Origin: Tubulanus polymorphus
Taxonomy: Eukaryota; Animalia; Nemertea
DNA length: 64,000 bases
Direction of reading: 5' to 3'
Assembly: GCF_964204645.1 (NCBI RefSeq)
Contig: NC_134027.1
Location: 23,584,560 to 23,648,559 of the forward strand
Position numbers and translations under genes: made by a program. Positions 23,001 through 36,600 of this stretch are shown piece by piece. The notes below the pieces were generated by a model, which was given only the letters and a program-made list of their open reading frames with translations, had not been told where the DNA came from and made no database searches. How positions within the stretch are numbered: the first letter of the stretch is position 1; every line of letters begins with the position of its first letter.

Positions 23001-25761
23001 CTCGGCTGACAACGTACACTTTTACTTGTTATAATAATAATATAAAATATCGTTAACTGTAAATCTTTTCGGCGCTCGCCACGTCGGGGAGCTATTCGCG
23101 ATTACTTTTTTGCCCTTCAGTACCCCGGTCCCCCAACCCCCAACCTTCCAAAAATCCTGGCTCCGCCCTTGCGTAACCCATCCCTAATTTCAGAAATCTC
23201 CTCGTACTTACCATCTCGAACGGATGGTACGCGTTCGGCATTCTTGAGTATACGACAATGTGCGATATTCCAAGAGCTCGTGAAGTCTCCAGTTGACGAT
23301 ACGTTTCTCCATTGGGCGTATAACGGCTGTTCGACCAGCCCATCACGAACGGGAAATGTCTGAAACAGGGTTTCTCCTTAAACCGCTTTGAGTACGAATC
23401 GAACGCGCGAAGGAAATCATCGAGCTCACCTGAAAAAAAGAAACACCCATTCCGGTTTTAAAATGATGTTTGGCCCGAGCCAAGTTTGGCCCGAAACAAC
23501 TGCCAAATCGGCTCCGTGTGATCGCGGCTGTAGTCAGAATGTAGATCTGTAGCCCCCGGGCCTTCACATTTTTAAAGCCACACGTCCATTTTTAAAACCT
23601 CTTAATTCAGATCCTTAACTTGCTGGACGAGTTTAAAAGTCTAGATTAGTTACATATACTAGCTGTCGTGGGACATGTATTGACATTTGTCTAAATGATA
23701 ATTCAAATACATGTCAGTTGAATGAAACACTGTAGCTAGAAAAGTATAGTTTAGATCTATTTGTCACAAACTGTCTGGTGTTATTTTCAATAAACCTCCA
23801 AGTTAGGCTTAATTCAAATGTTACCTTGTTTCTCCTAATCGACCCGGTCATTTTTTAAGCTGCTATAAAAGTTGTAATCAGTTCATGTCTATAACTGCCG
23901 GATTAGATATGTTGATAGTGACTTCTTTCAGAATAATCTACAGCGTTGATAGGTGGCCGACCTGGACAACTTTTAAGCTCAGTAGAAATGAGAAACAAGG
24001 TATCAATATTCTAGTTTAAGGTGTCCTGTTGATGACGATTTCTCGATGTTTCAAATCGTTTGGTTAAACGTTGAATAGCGGATGAACAGTGTCGACGCAT
24101 ACCTGTATGGTGTGTTATGATCATGAAACTGTGGCAGTGTTTGTCCTCTGAGGTTTTGATGAAACTGAAAACAAGACTCATCACTTGATCCAAAGTCGGC
24201 AGAACGTTATATACTTTATCTTTAGGCGGACATGGTTTAGCTTGCACACCAGCGCCGACGATAAAATATTCCGTTCCTAAATATCTTTGAAAATAATCTA
24301 CCGGTGGTCCGATCGCGGCGTCATATTTTGCTTGCAATACCGTTTTTACTGAAAAATATGAAAGATTTCTTTTATTGAAAATACGCGCGGTTCCTTCCCC
24401 AACGATAGATAATGCTAACAGTGTCAATAAAACGGCAAGCACGCACCAGATGGCGCAACATTAAACTAAATTTGGTTTTTATGTAAATTCACGTCGGTAC
24501 GTCGTTAAATTTAAATCTGTTGAACAAAGTTGTAAGTCAATCTTGGTTGTTTCAGAATTTCAGAAAGAAAACCAGTTTGGCGAGCTGCTTGTATTTCTCA
24601 CACAGCACTTTGTGTACCGGTACGTACTAAAAAAGCCTTGAGTAGTACGTAGTAGAAAAACGTTGGCAGACGATAAAATTCATCCTGAGCCAGAATTTCA
24701 CGTTAAGTCATTAAGGTGCGCACAATAAGCGTCATCGTTTGACCCCATCATCCTTTCTTCGCGATTGTTTGCTGTTTGGTAAGACCCCTCCCTTTCCACA
24801 CCGCGCACGTACTAAATGGATAAACCCAACTTACATTTCTCGTTGAGACCGACTCCTCTTCTGATCTCCGACCGGATGTCGACGAAGGTAAAATTAATAG
24901 ACGGTTTCGGTGCATTAGTTCGACTTTGAACTCGCGCGATTGCTTTTGAAAAATATTCGACTCTTTCTTGCATTCTCACAAAATCATCGGTGATGATACA
25001 AACTGTAAAACAAAAGATATATTGAAAAATAAATGATTGACGCCTTGGTAGGTGACGGAAAGTGCCTGCAATGAAATCCGTAAAAGGGCTGAATTTGGGA
25101 TCAAAATAGCAACCACTGCAAGGATTCGAACCTGATAAACATCGTGAGGTGCATTCAATAATGCTGTAATGAACATGAACATCATTTAATAATGTTACGC
25201 TTTTCTGTGAAATAAATTGAAATTGAAAATTGAAATTGAGAATGTGCCGCGGAACGAAATCCTGATTAGACTGGTTTCCGGTCTCTATTTCCAATGGGGA
25301 CATGTCACCTCCTGTGGCAATCGAGGATTCCACTTATGGCAGGTGAGGATCCACCAGGCTCGCTAGTCGTAACTCGGTTTTCCGCGTGCGATTTCTTTTA
25401 TATTTCAATGAATACCGAATGAACTTTTCTCTCAGATAGATCAAATATTTTGGAACCGATATCGAGTAGAAAAAAAGAAGAATTTAAAGTATTGGTAAGT
25501 GCTGTGGAACCTCGTTGTAACGAACCCTGATACAACGATTCATCGGTTATAACAAATACGGAATTTCGTCCGTGAAAATAGTTAATCATTTTCACACTAG
25601 ATATAACGAACATATTTCCTTTAACGAATTCCATCGAATCGAAAATTAAATTGAGAAATATTATACCTACCGACTCGCATCGTCTTCGCCGAGGTGGCCG
25701 TCACCAGAAAACCCGAACTGAAGATAAGAACCCATATTGCCGAGTAACGTAGAATTTCCAT
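17062..25761 (-). CDS. Divergent ionotropic glutamate receptor / IR-like subunit, copy 1 (about 812 aa, 11 coding exons)
   Basis: Exons 25761-25671, 25002-24835, 24348-24103, 23429-23212, 22959-22906, 22737-22519, 21961-21824, 21472-21368, 21263-21111, 20708-19897 and 17296-17062 form an open frame. Signal peptide [36 protein letters not shown]; S1 EPPFFM and ERTTVVDFTDP; WQFLKPF-M1; M3 [10 protein letters not shown]; S2 CDL..FAFALP; M4 [15 protein letters not shown]. Confidence 0.88.
17311..19827. mobile_element. About 2.5 kb composite insertion in the last intron of iGluR copy 1
   Basis: The equivalent intron in copy 2 is only 94 bp (30921-31014) and its two halves align to both flanks. 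The insert includes an L2/SINE-like tail (17580-17655) and GC-richer ORF remnants (19214-19827). Confidence 0.6.
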
Positions 25762-27802
25762 TTCATCTTCTCCTATCGAAAGAACAGGGCGTAATGCGTT
25801 ATCCTGTGTATAGGACAATTCATAATTTGAGCTTAATTGTGCTTACATCATTTGTGACGATGTGTACGATTATCTCCCAAAAGACCAGACGATAGATGCT
25901 AGTACAAAGTGCTACTTGATTTTTGTCGTTTCAATAATCGTGTAATGGGTAAAATGGAATGGAATGGTTGAGTTGTATTCATCGTGTATCCCCGTGGGCA
26001 TGATAATCAAATTGTATCATCAAATTAGCGAGGCCCTTATTCTAATCAAACGGTTGCACATTAAAGTGATGAATCCTAGTACACAAAAAAACAAATCAGA
26101 TGGATTAATTCATACAAAGGCCTACAATTTGGAACCCCCTCGAGATAGGGCCATGGATCAGCCACTGGAGCCACTGGATCTAATATTTCCAAAATAATGA
26201 CAATATAAGACAGACGGTAGTGGAATTCATCACCTAGTAGGCCATAACACCAAAGGAGAAAAATTCTTTCATTTCTTGGGACATTTGTCCATCTACGTGT
26301 TCAGCGGTGTTCAGGTAACAGGCTGGATCCGCCCCTGGCGCATGTCTTAATACGTAATATGCGAATGCATATACATTATGTCTTTACGTACACGTACATA
26401 TATCATATATATAAAAGTACCGTACCTTCAACTATAAGAGCCTATAGACAATATGATCGTGATCTACATCTACCAGCAAACAGACACCAGACAGTCAGTC
26501 ATCGTGGTGCTTTGTTAAGAAACCAGGGCATGAAGCATTCATTAGATATTATTCAATTATTCGCATACATGTATTTAATCGGCGAATTGAATACCACAGC
26601 CGACGCGAGAGTCGCCCCTGGAGGTGGATGTATCTACGGCCTTCGTGGTTCTTGGTGTAACAAAAGTCGATTGAGACGTGATGGAGGACTAATAGAGGGG
26701 GGGGGGGTATGAGACGAAGGGGCAGAATTTGAAGGATAAATCGTAAAATTAATTTTTACACATATTGATTGAAAAATCCTATGCAAACGACTAGGCTACA
26801 CTGGGGTGTCCCGTAAAAATGTCACTCAGATTTGATTAGTTCTAATTTATAAACAGAGTTATTCGATTAAATAAATTTGGCCTAATGAAGCCGAATGTTA
26901 ATTTCATACTATTGAACTTGTATAGAAAATCACCGATGCATTAAGGCCGCAGAAACAGTCATCCAAAAAAGTGACGGAATTGATCAGTTTTATGGATTAT
27001 GTTCTTACCTTGGAACCGTTGATGGCCTGCACTACGTTTGATCCACCTTCTTATCCTCGGTACGAATCTCCATGCATTAGATGGGAACCAACAGAAGAAA
27101 AAAACCTAACAGCAATGCTCTGTGAAAGTTCATTCATGTACTTATATCGTGTTATGTGCTATATATAGTGGAACGACCAATAGCGCTAACACCTGGTTTA
27201 ACAAGCAACGCGCCACAACCAGCAGATGTACAATGAAAAATAGATTTTTATTGCGCTCTCGGGGAAAGAACTAATCGTAAAGATATTGTTGATAAAGATA
27301 TTGTTTTGTTTTTAAAAGGGACCTTACCTACCTCGGACAATACGCTAAGAGCCCTGCCACTGTACACAGGGACTTGATAGTGAAAGAATAATAACCAGTA
27401 TCAATGACCAACCCCAGTATCCCTGTATAATCAAAAAACAAGGGTGACAACTAATCATCAATCTGAAAATGATCTCTCCACTTCAATCGACTGTAATTCC
27501 AAAAATCCTCAACCGATTCACATGAAATTAGCTTTAATACAAACTAGAAGACTTTCTGCTTTCAACGAGCCTATAACGATCACTCTACAACAAATAGCTC
27601 ACAACGAAATCGGCGTTTATTTACGGGAGATAGCTCAAAATGGAGGTGTACAGATTCTATGGTGGACAGCAAAAATGGCAGTTTTTTCACTTGAAACAAT
27701 ATTTTCTATGTAAAATTTTTAGAGAAAACCCTAACAAACTTATTTCTTATCTATGTTTTTTTATTTTTTTATTTATCTATGTTTTTGTATGTTTTTTCAC
27801 TG

Positions 27803-27894
27803 TAGACCGGGTGCGCAGTCGGTCTAGTGTGGCAGGGTCTCGTACTGTGGCATTCTCGATGCCATGAGGTTCGAATCCCTGCCGGGGGAGGATG
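27803..27894 (+). mobile_element. Internally deleted member of the TAGACCGGGTGCGCAG / GGAGGATG repeat family
   Basis: TAGACCGGGTGCGCAGTCGGTCTAGTGTGGCAGGG...GGTTCGAATCCCTGCCGGGGGAGGATG. Confidence 0.7.
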
Positions 27895-28364
27895 GTGAAA
27901 GAGGTACCCTGTGTCTGTATGTTGAAGTGACCTTTCATGGAAAGTATGCCCAAGGTTAAGAAGTAAAGGGAAGGGGTTTAAATCAAATAAGTATATCTCA
28001 GAAAAAGGGCACTATCAGCCAAATGGGGGGAGGGGGGTCAGTAACTAGTACGTAACTCCAGTAACCCCCTCTGCCTACGGGCCTGTGATGCCAATACATT
28101 TTCTTTTGGTCCGGGAGATATCTCATCCAGTTGAATTCCCAAGACGAAAATGAACTTTGCCCTTTTATGAAGAAATATTGCACATACAAAACTGCGTAAA
28201 TCGCATCTAATTTTCTTCAATAGAAAGAATGATTATTGACCAAGTTATAATTCTGATTTATCTAATCAGAAATGTAGAAACTATGTATCTAATGTAGAAA
28301 CTACTCATAAAACGCAACTTTTCTCTCGATAAACAAATAATGTCTGTAATAAACAAAACACCAG

Positions 28365-28622
28365 GGGCCAGTTGCACAGTCGTGACTTAAGTCCAAAAGT
28401 GGTCTTAAATCTGAAGAATGGTCTTAAGTTGTTAGATTGGCTGTAGAACTAAGTTGGTCTTAGACTGGTCTTAAGTCTAAGCCATGACTATGCAACCGGC
28501 CCCAGGGGCTGGTTTTATAGACTGGTATTACCTTTAACCCAGGGGCTAACTCATTTTTAATTTAATTCATTTTCAATTGATTTAGCCCCGGGTTAAAGGT
28601 AATACCAGTCTATAAACCGGGC
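28365..28622. mobile_element. Two adjacent palindromic PIF/Harbinger-like MITEs
   Basis: 28365-28502 has TIRs GGGCCAGTTGCACAGTC / GACTATGCAACCGGCCC, flanked by CAG. 28506-28622 has TIRs TTTATAGACTGGTATTACCTTTAACCC / GGGTTAAAGGTAATACCAGTCTATAAA. Confidence 0.75.
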
Positions 28623-28952
28623 TAGGGCGAACATTCTAAATTCTTATTATTTGTTCATTTCCGAAATAAACAACTTTAACCTAGTAAAATATCTTCGGAC
28701 ATATGAACCTTTTCCCTCTGGAAAATGTGGTACTACACGTGGGTATTAACAGTGTCCATCAGTCGAAAGTTTAACCACTCGGCCACACCGCTCCAGATGA
28801 AATCACTCGTCACACAACGCAAAGACATTGAAACAAACGAATTTTTATACACTAAATATATTATCGAAATAAATACATACATGACCGTGATCTTTGATCG
28901 TGATATACATGATCTCTGAAGTAAGCCCAGATCGCATTTGAAATTTACATCC

Positions 28953-30410
28953 TTTTTGGCTCAGCTGTGGCCGAAGTGGAGCTGTAGGATGAGCCGTCGT
29001 CGTCAGTCAGCCCTGAACTTAAAGGATAATTTTCACGAAACTTGGTACACTTGATCACCTTGGTACGCCATTGTTTGCTATCGAAAGAGTTTTGGATCGG
29101 ACAACCGGTGGCGTCCTGTAGAAAAATGATGTCCGAATTTGTGTAACAACATACTCAGTAACTATAGATTTGATATTTACGAAACTCAGTAGGTATGTTC
29201 ATAACGTTCGCTAATTTTTTGCTATCGAAGGAATTTTCGTTCGGTTTAACGGTGTCGACGTCAGGTGTTCTTAAACATCATAGCTATAGTAGCGCAATAA
29301 TGTGTCGTATCGTTCTTGGTAACCGAGATTCAGATTTATCTTCATAGTATTGCATAGGACCTATTCCATGTTCTGATCGGTTTATTTGTTTGGCCAGCGG
29401 GAGACTTTTAAAACGGTGAAGGTGCTTCTAAAACGCTTCTGGTGGTTCTAAAACGATGTTGCTTTACAAATGTATTCTCAATTACTTGTTCCTGAATATT
29501 CTATAAGATCTTGATGGTTCGGCCAACAGCGGACGGTCGGTGGCCATCTTTGTTTTTCATTTTTGTTTCTAAAGGTTAGTCCGAATATATAAGTTTTTAT
29601 TAACAGAACTCCTGCAATAGAACTTTAGAAATTCAGAAACTTCGTACAGACCCCACAAAAGTCGCGAAACACAAAGAACATGCTACGTCTTCAGTTTCGA
29701 GTTCACGTGGTTATTTATGTGGCAACCAGGTGGCGCTTCTCATCGCCAATTACGTACCTTTTAGCCTATGGCAGTCAAACTATACACATTTGACAATGGC
29801 TTTAAATTGTTTAGAATTTCATGATCGTTCAATTTCACATGAAAATTAGTAAATTTCGATCCACTTTGGCTAAGCTAGACTTTTTAGAATAGTTTTGATT
29901 TGCAAAGTTCTTCAAAATACTGAAATCTACCTAAGTACCAAATTTCTTGTCCATGCGATGTCCGGTATTGCCACTAGGTGGCACTTTATTCGAAGAATAA
30001 CAGGCCTACATTTTCCGCTATCGTGGATAAACCGTAGATATATAAGGATTGATTTACTATGTTGTTCGGGATACCAATGTTAGCCCAATTGGACTATAGG
30101 GTTTTTCTTTTAAAAAATTTCGTCTGCAAAGACAAATTAATGCAGTTATTTTGGGAAGTTGTGGAGACATTTCTGATGGTTTGTCTTGAACCCATCTTGC
30201 TTGGCATTAACCTTTTCATTCTACCATTTCTCCCAATCTTTCGACAACCATCAACCAAACCGACGGTTCATATAAAAACCCACACCACCACCGACAGACT
30301 AATCTCTTACGAATACACTATTATACGCATGGTGGTAAACAATGAGCTATTTTTATCTTCCGGTTTTGTCTCAGTCTCAGAAACGGCCAATATCAGTTGG
30401 ATATGCATAT
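28953..30410 (+). mobile_element. Helentron/HINE-like non-autonomous element; second copy at about 45081-45960
   Basis: Starts TTTTTGGCTCAGCTGTGGCCGAAGTGGAGCTG followed by a GTC/CAGT microsatellite, the layout of invertebrate HINE-type repeats. 28815-29760 aligns to 44945-45960. The right end is approximate. Confidence 0.5.
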
Positions 30411-30670
30411 AAGGAATTTAGGGGAAAAATGATGGTTCATCGTCGTATTCGCACAGATTATTATCATCCGTGATTGTTTCATCTAATAGCTTTGTTATTA
30501 TCTATTGATCAATGTATTGAGACTTAGTTTTTGGTCATCTTTTCACTCGGCTTCACGGCAGACATGGGGGTTTGCGATAGCGACCTGGTCTTCCGTATGG
30601 ATCTCGGTGCCTCAAGATAATACAATGGATATTCCTAACCTCTGATTGTCTAATCTGAATAAACGATGTC

Positions 30671-33600
30671 TCAAAGAGGTACGGGTTCTGGTGACTGGTT
30701 ACTCGGATCGCCGCCGCCGCCGCCGGTATTTTCCTGCGATTTCGCTCTTCTGTAGACCAACAGCAAGTGTTCTATAAGCGCTACAAATGACGCGACGGCT
30801 AGTCCGATAATCAACGTGAAAAACACCCCAGACATTTCAAAAAACGTCAACGGTTCAGTCTCTGATATTTCGTCTAACCACATTATGTCGCGATCACATA
30901 GAAACTGACGCTTCATATACCTGAAAAAAAAAAAACATTGATTGTCACTTACTAGAGGCCAGTTATGCACTGGTTCAACCGATAATGAATAGTATTCATC
31001 TTTTCGAAACTTACTTCTCTTCTATGTCTTTTTGCTGTCCGCTTGCTCTTGTCGCGACGATCAACGCATCGATCGGGCGTTTTACCATTGCACCTACCGG
31101 CAACGCAAACGCGAATCGTAATCCATACAACTGCTTCAGTCCGTGCTCGATTAAGTCGCATCTTTGCGCCACCGCGTACCGAGCCGTCAACGTGTCGGTA
31201 AGCAATATGAAATTTTCGTTGACAATCCGCTCAACGGCGGTTTCTAAATCCGGCAGAATGTTACCGGTTCGGCGAATGATGTTCCACACCATGATCTCGG
31301 GAAATTTCCGTGTTTTCGACAATATTTTCTTAACTTCGGAATGATCTATTACACCGAAATTCCCCTCGCCCCTTTCGATCAATTCGATCAGATTTCTTAT
31401 CGGTTGCTCATCGGCTCTCAGTCTCAGAAACGCCGTCATATTGGCCGTATAGGCGGCCGACAGCGCCATACTTAGATACATTACAATGGCGACGAGGATC
31501 CTACTGGGAATCGCGTTAGGATTAGTCTCCGAACTGCCGCTACTGAATCGAGCCACTGTAAAGTATAAAGTGTCCGCAAACGAGATCGTGTCGGTTGTGT
31601 AGTCTATAAACGTCAACAACGATAGTAATATACTTATGGCGAATATCATCGCCAGCACGACCAGCCAAAATGAGCCGACGAACGGTTTAAGAAATTGCCA
31701 GCGATTTTTTTCAACTCTGGGCACCCTGGATAACAAATGCAGCGACGCCGGATATATCGGGGCAGTATAATCGACGACATTCTTCTGTTCTACATCGACG
31801 GCGAATCCACCAGCCGCTGCATCCGCCTGGAAATCAAAATTTACCTAATTTTAATCGTGTTTACTGTTACTGAATGGAGTGCCGGCATACCCACCAGATG
31901 ATGCCAATAAAATATCAGACTAACAAGATTAATATTACTTCATTTTCAACAAACGCTCAGTCTTCCAATTCAAAGAAAAATCCCCAAAACAAAAATCAAA
32001 ATCAAATATAAATACTCACAACTTGTTGTAATACAGCAAATAGATCCTCACTTATCGGGTAATCAGCGTAATCAAAGCTGACACAAAGGAGAGTACTGTA
32101 CATTTCAAGTAAATCGTAAAATAATCCGGTAAGCTTTCCATCTTTTGGTTTCATAAAGAACGGTGGTTCCTGTTCAAATAAAATAGTGCATCAATGACAT
32201 ATGTGAGGCTTGGGAACTGCCCTAAACTGCGTCTTGGAGGTTGCGTTTAAGTATTGTTGAAAATTGAATTGTATTCATCATAATACTGACCAGTCTAACC
32301 AAAATATCCGCGTGGTCTGCAGAAAATGCTCTCACACATCCATTTGGAACAGCAATGATCGGTTTTGATCGGTGGACTTGATTCCAATCCACGAACTAAA
32401 CATGAAAAATAAACAACGACGATTAATCAGAGCATAGAACTATCTCGCTCCACTCGAAAACCAGCAGACACCGCTAGTAATTTAGCGGGTTTTTGACGAG
32501 TCGTCGTGACCCTTTATAGGTCACAATCAGAGCTAGGATACGAAAGCGATGAAGGGCTTACCTGTCAGTGAATTGTTTATATCGGTTTTACTCATCAATG
32601 ATCCCGATCACTATCCTCGCAGGTGCTCGCGCACTGATACATTCAAAAGTATGGTTGATAATTAAGAAACTGCGCAGTTAGTGGTTTAGACTGACTGGAG
32701 AGGATCGGCAGAGTATTGTCTCCACTGCGGATTTGTCACTAGCTCGTATTTTGTTACTTGACAGTAAGTGCGAGCGAGGGATTTTCTTCATGAAAATAAC
32801 CAGTAATGCCTGCATCACCCGGCATTATCTACGCAAACTGCGCCATTTGAAGCGGTACTCATTGGAAATCCCCCGAGTTAGTTAGTAGGCCTACATGTAG
32901 TCATCCTCCCACGGCAGAGATTCGAACCTGATGGCATCGCTACACTTAGCCACGACACGAACCCCTGCCACACTAGACCGGGTGCGCAGGTACTTGCGCA
33001 GGTTAACCGCACGAAAACTCGCGGCACCAATCAGATTGCTCGTTGTATAGTCGCTGAGGTTAATTTCACGGAATAACTATAAATGGGAAAACCCACGCTG
33101 AAATAAAACGGGATATCCGATTGACTGATAATGACATCATCTAAGCTACGCGTGCAGCTGCGCACTCGGTCTAGTGTTGCAGGGTATCCCGATGACATCG
33201 AATCCCTGCCGGGGGAGGATGGCACGTAGTAGGCTAGAGACAGGTAGTACTGTGCTGTATATTCATGGCGAGGTAAGCGGCGCCCGCCTCGCGTAAACAC
33301 AGACCGCCTCGGATAGACAGACGAAAAATACATTGTTCGGCGTGCGTTGTATAGAAAAGAAGATATAACGAGGAACTTAAATTTGTTTTCAATGACAAGT
33401 AAACTGACATCTCCTCGTGCATCCACTCACGACTAGTCAATTTTAAACACTGTCTTCGACCATGGACCTTGGTCCTTTTGGTTTCTTTTACGAAATTCAT
33501 AACTTAACAGATTCACAGGAAAGGATTGACTTTATAAAGCTATAAAAGTACCGAATAGTAGAAAAAGTTGCTATTTTGACCGAAGTGAAAATCTGGTACG

Positions 33601-36600
33601 TCCTCTACTTTTGACACTTTCTTACCTTTAACTCAGTCATTACACAATCCGTCTTACTTCGCTCGCCGTTCGTTTCACAAACATAAACGACCGGCGTCTT
33701 ACGAAAGTTCTTCAGCGAGAAGTTAAAATGACCGCTTAACCCATCAACTTCTACCTCAGAATCCTAGAATCGAATTAGACACATACATTTTTAAAGGGAC
33801 AACGTATAAAAAAGGGCGGGTTAAATATCTACGCAGCCAAAAGAGGAGTATGGAAAATTTGAAATTTTAGTGCAATTTCTGGCACTTGAAGGACAATCGA
33901 GAGAATAAAAGCTAAATCTTGATAGGCCGACTGCTGTCTAATTGATTGTGGCTGTCTAATTGAAATGCCCTGAAAAATATGTCCATTGTATTTTCAATCC
34001 CAAACGAGGACACGGGAAAAATTGCGACGGGAGCACGTGCGCCATGTCCTCTAATGATCGATCCGCAAGGCCAGGGCAAAATCTGGATCAAAAACAGGGA
34101 GACGGATAATGAGTTGTAGGCTGGAATCGCCCCTGGTTATCATCCTCCCTCGGCAGGGATTCGAACCCGATGGCATCGCTACACTGAGCCACGGCACAAA
34201 CACCTGCCACACTAGACCGGGTGCGCAGATACATGCGCAGCTTTGCCGCGCGTAAACTTGCAGCGACAATCAGATTGCTCGTTGTATAATCGCTGAGGTA
34301 AATTTCACGGAAGGAGTATAAATTGGAAAACACCCGGGCTGAAACTAAAACGGGATATCTGATTGGCCAATAATGACATCTTCTAAGCTGCGCGGGTAGC
34401 TGCACACTCGGTCTAGTGTTGCAGGATTTCGTACCGTGGCAATCTCGATGCCATCAGGTTCGAATCTCGCCGGGGGAGGATGCTGTTTATGAACCCAGAC
34501 CACCATTCCAAAATCTTCCATGCCCTATTATACAAATAAGCCTCTTAACATACGAAAAATCCGTCCGATTTTTCCCTAATTCGTTGCTCGGCAAATTTAT
34601 TCAGAGTGAGAAGCGTGTCGAACAATCCGTAATCTCGAGTCTTATCGTATGTTAGTAATTTGTTCAGGTTGTACGTTTTCACTAGACTTTCGTTAAACAT
34701 ATCGAGAAATGACAGCGATGGATTCGTTTGCGTAATTTCGTACTGCGCAAGAAAATCATACGGAACATCTTCCTAAAAATAGAAAATGAAAGTAAATTTT
34801 TAAAATACAAGCATCAACGCAACTCCCAAAATTTGAAAATAGCTCAGAGGATTGAGTGGAAACGTCATTACTCTCTAAGTTTATAGAATATCTCTTAGAA
34901 TTCAGTCGAAACGTCTCTACTCTAACAAAGCAATACTTACGTATGTTAGATAAAGCCAGCGATAAAGATATGTGTTCATACCAAAATAAGTTGCCTGCAA
35001 AAGTCCAAGAATAAACTACATTCTTCTTTGTCATGCTCGTACATAGTCCGGTCCATGAGCCTCAGGAGGGCTCTAAAATTGATTTATTTGTGATATATTC
35101 GTGATTTGTTTTTTTTTTTAGGTAGCCCTTGATCTCTACTACCGGGATCCGATTATCATTTGTCAAAATTTTGCAGGCGTGACCTTGAAAATCGTTGCTA
35201 TAGCAACTACTATTTGTTCATTTTAGTGTCGTTTCCATGATTATAACACTATCATTCAGGCACGGATATGAAAACGGATGGTTTAATAACTTACTGGTCT
35301 GACGAGTTCAGCCAAGGTGTAACACTTTCACTGACTTAAAAAACATACGTTGCCAAGCACGAGTTATCTCGTAAGTACTTCCAGTTTTGCCGTCAATGCC
35401 GCTACGAGTTATCTCGTAGCTGATCATTCTTATTTACTGACATGCGGGAATGACACAGTTTCTGATTGGCTGTTTCTTGATCATTGGTCAAGTAATATTA
35501 TCTAACTATGGACGTATAAACTAATTTAGTTTATACGTCCATGATCGAACTAACAGTATGCGTGTTGCATACGTAGTTCTATGTGGATATAAATTATTAT
35601 TGTAAAGTCAATTGTGACCAGTGGATGTAACTTATCGCAAAACAACGAGATAACTCGGGTGTTGTCATATCGCGGAATCACGGAATCGCGGAATTTTCAA
35701 AAAAAACACTGAATTTCTTCATTTTAACTACATAGTAACCGAGTTTTTCCACGGGGATACCCCTTGTTGGACAAGGCACCGGACGCATGTTGTTCATTTT
35801 CTCATTGCCGGTACCTGGTAGGTCTATGTGATAATCTATTACTATCGTCGCTCAACTAATTAACGATACTTCCAGACTTGAAATTGGAGAACCTACGCAG
35901 GCAATTAATCTATCAACATTGGAACCGCATCTACGAGTTCTGTGTATGTTACCATTAATAAACCTTTAACTAACTGAATAAATGCTGCATCGTAAAATGG
36001 ATATAAAAACGATGATTTATTTAGACTGCACTCTTCCACTGGTCGTATTAAGACCAAAATGAGGTATGTTTCTATACGGTCAAGAGAAATATCCCACAAT
36101 GAACGATGTCAGACGAAAACAGATATACATTTTGCATATTCTGGCTTGAGATTTTTAATGCGTCTCGTGCATCATAATTGTGATTAATGCGGTGTAGTGT
36201 ATCTAGAGTGTAGAGTGTGGTGTATCTAGAGGAGTTATAAAAGTTGTGGAATGATATTAAAGATTACTTTTTAAAATGGTATCTTTTCTTAACTCGGTTA
36301 TTTGTGAAGAGAAAGCTGTTACTTAGTTGCTTCTCCGAGGTCTGATTCCTTAGGTCTCAAAAACGTACTATCGGTACTAGATATCAAATATAAGTTTTAA
36401 GGAACCGCGGTACATGTTTGGTAGTAGCACATTTCACGTTTGCAGCCATCTGAAACTACGGCCCAACCTAGAGCGACCGTGCTCAAATCTACTAAGAAGA
36501 TCGCAAAAAGTCGATTCACTTCGATAACCGATGCTTGCACTAGTGCCAATCTCATTTTCCGACTACATTTTGACTGTTACCGAAGCCGCAGGTAACTGAA

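Noticed and set aside
23825-23859. Apparent AG...GT micro-exon with an in-frame TAA in iGluR copy 1 (32-nt open counterpart at 37662-37693), suggesting copy 1 is a pseudogene
   Set aside because: It would end in phase 0, but the next exon starts in phase 1. Exon 3 splices directly and in frame to exon 4 in both copies.
33031-34405. ORFs of 100-130 aa (33031-33426, 34088-34405, also 43352-43747)
   Set aside because: They run through copies of the same non-coding MITE in inconsistent frames.
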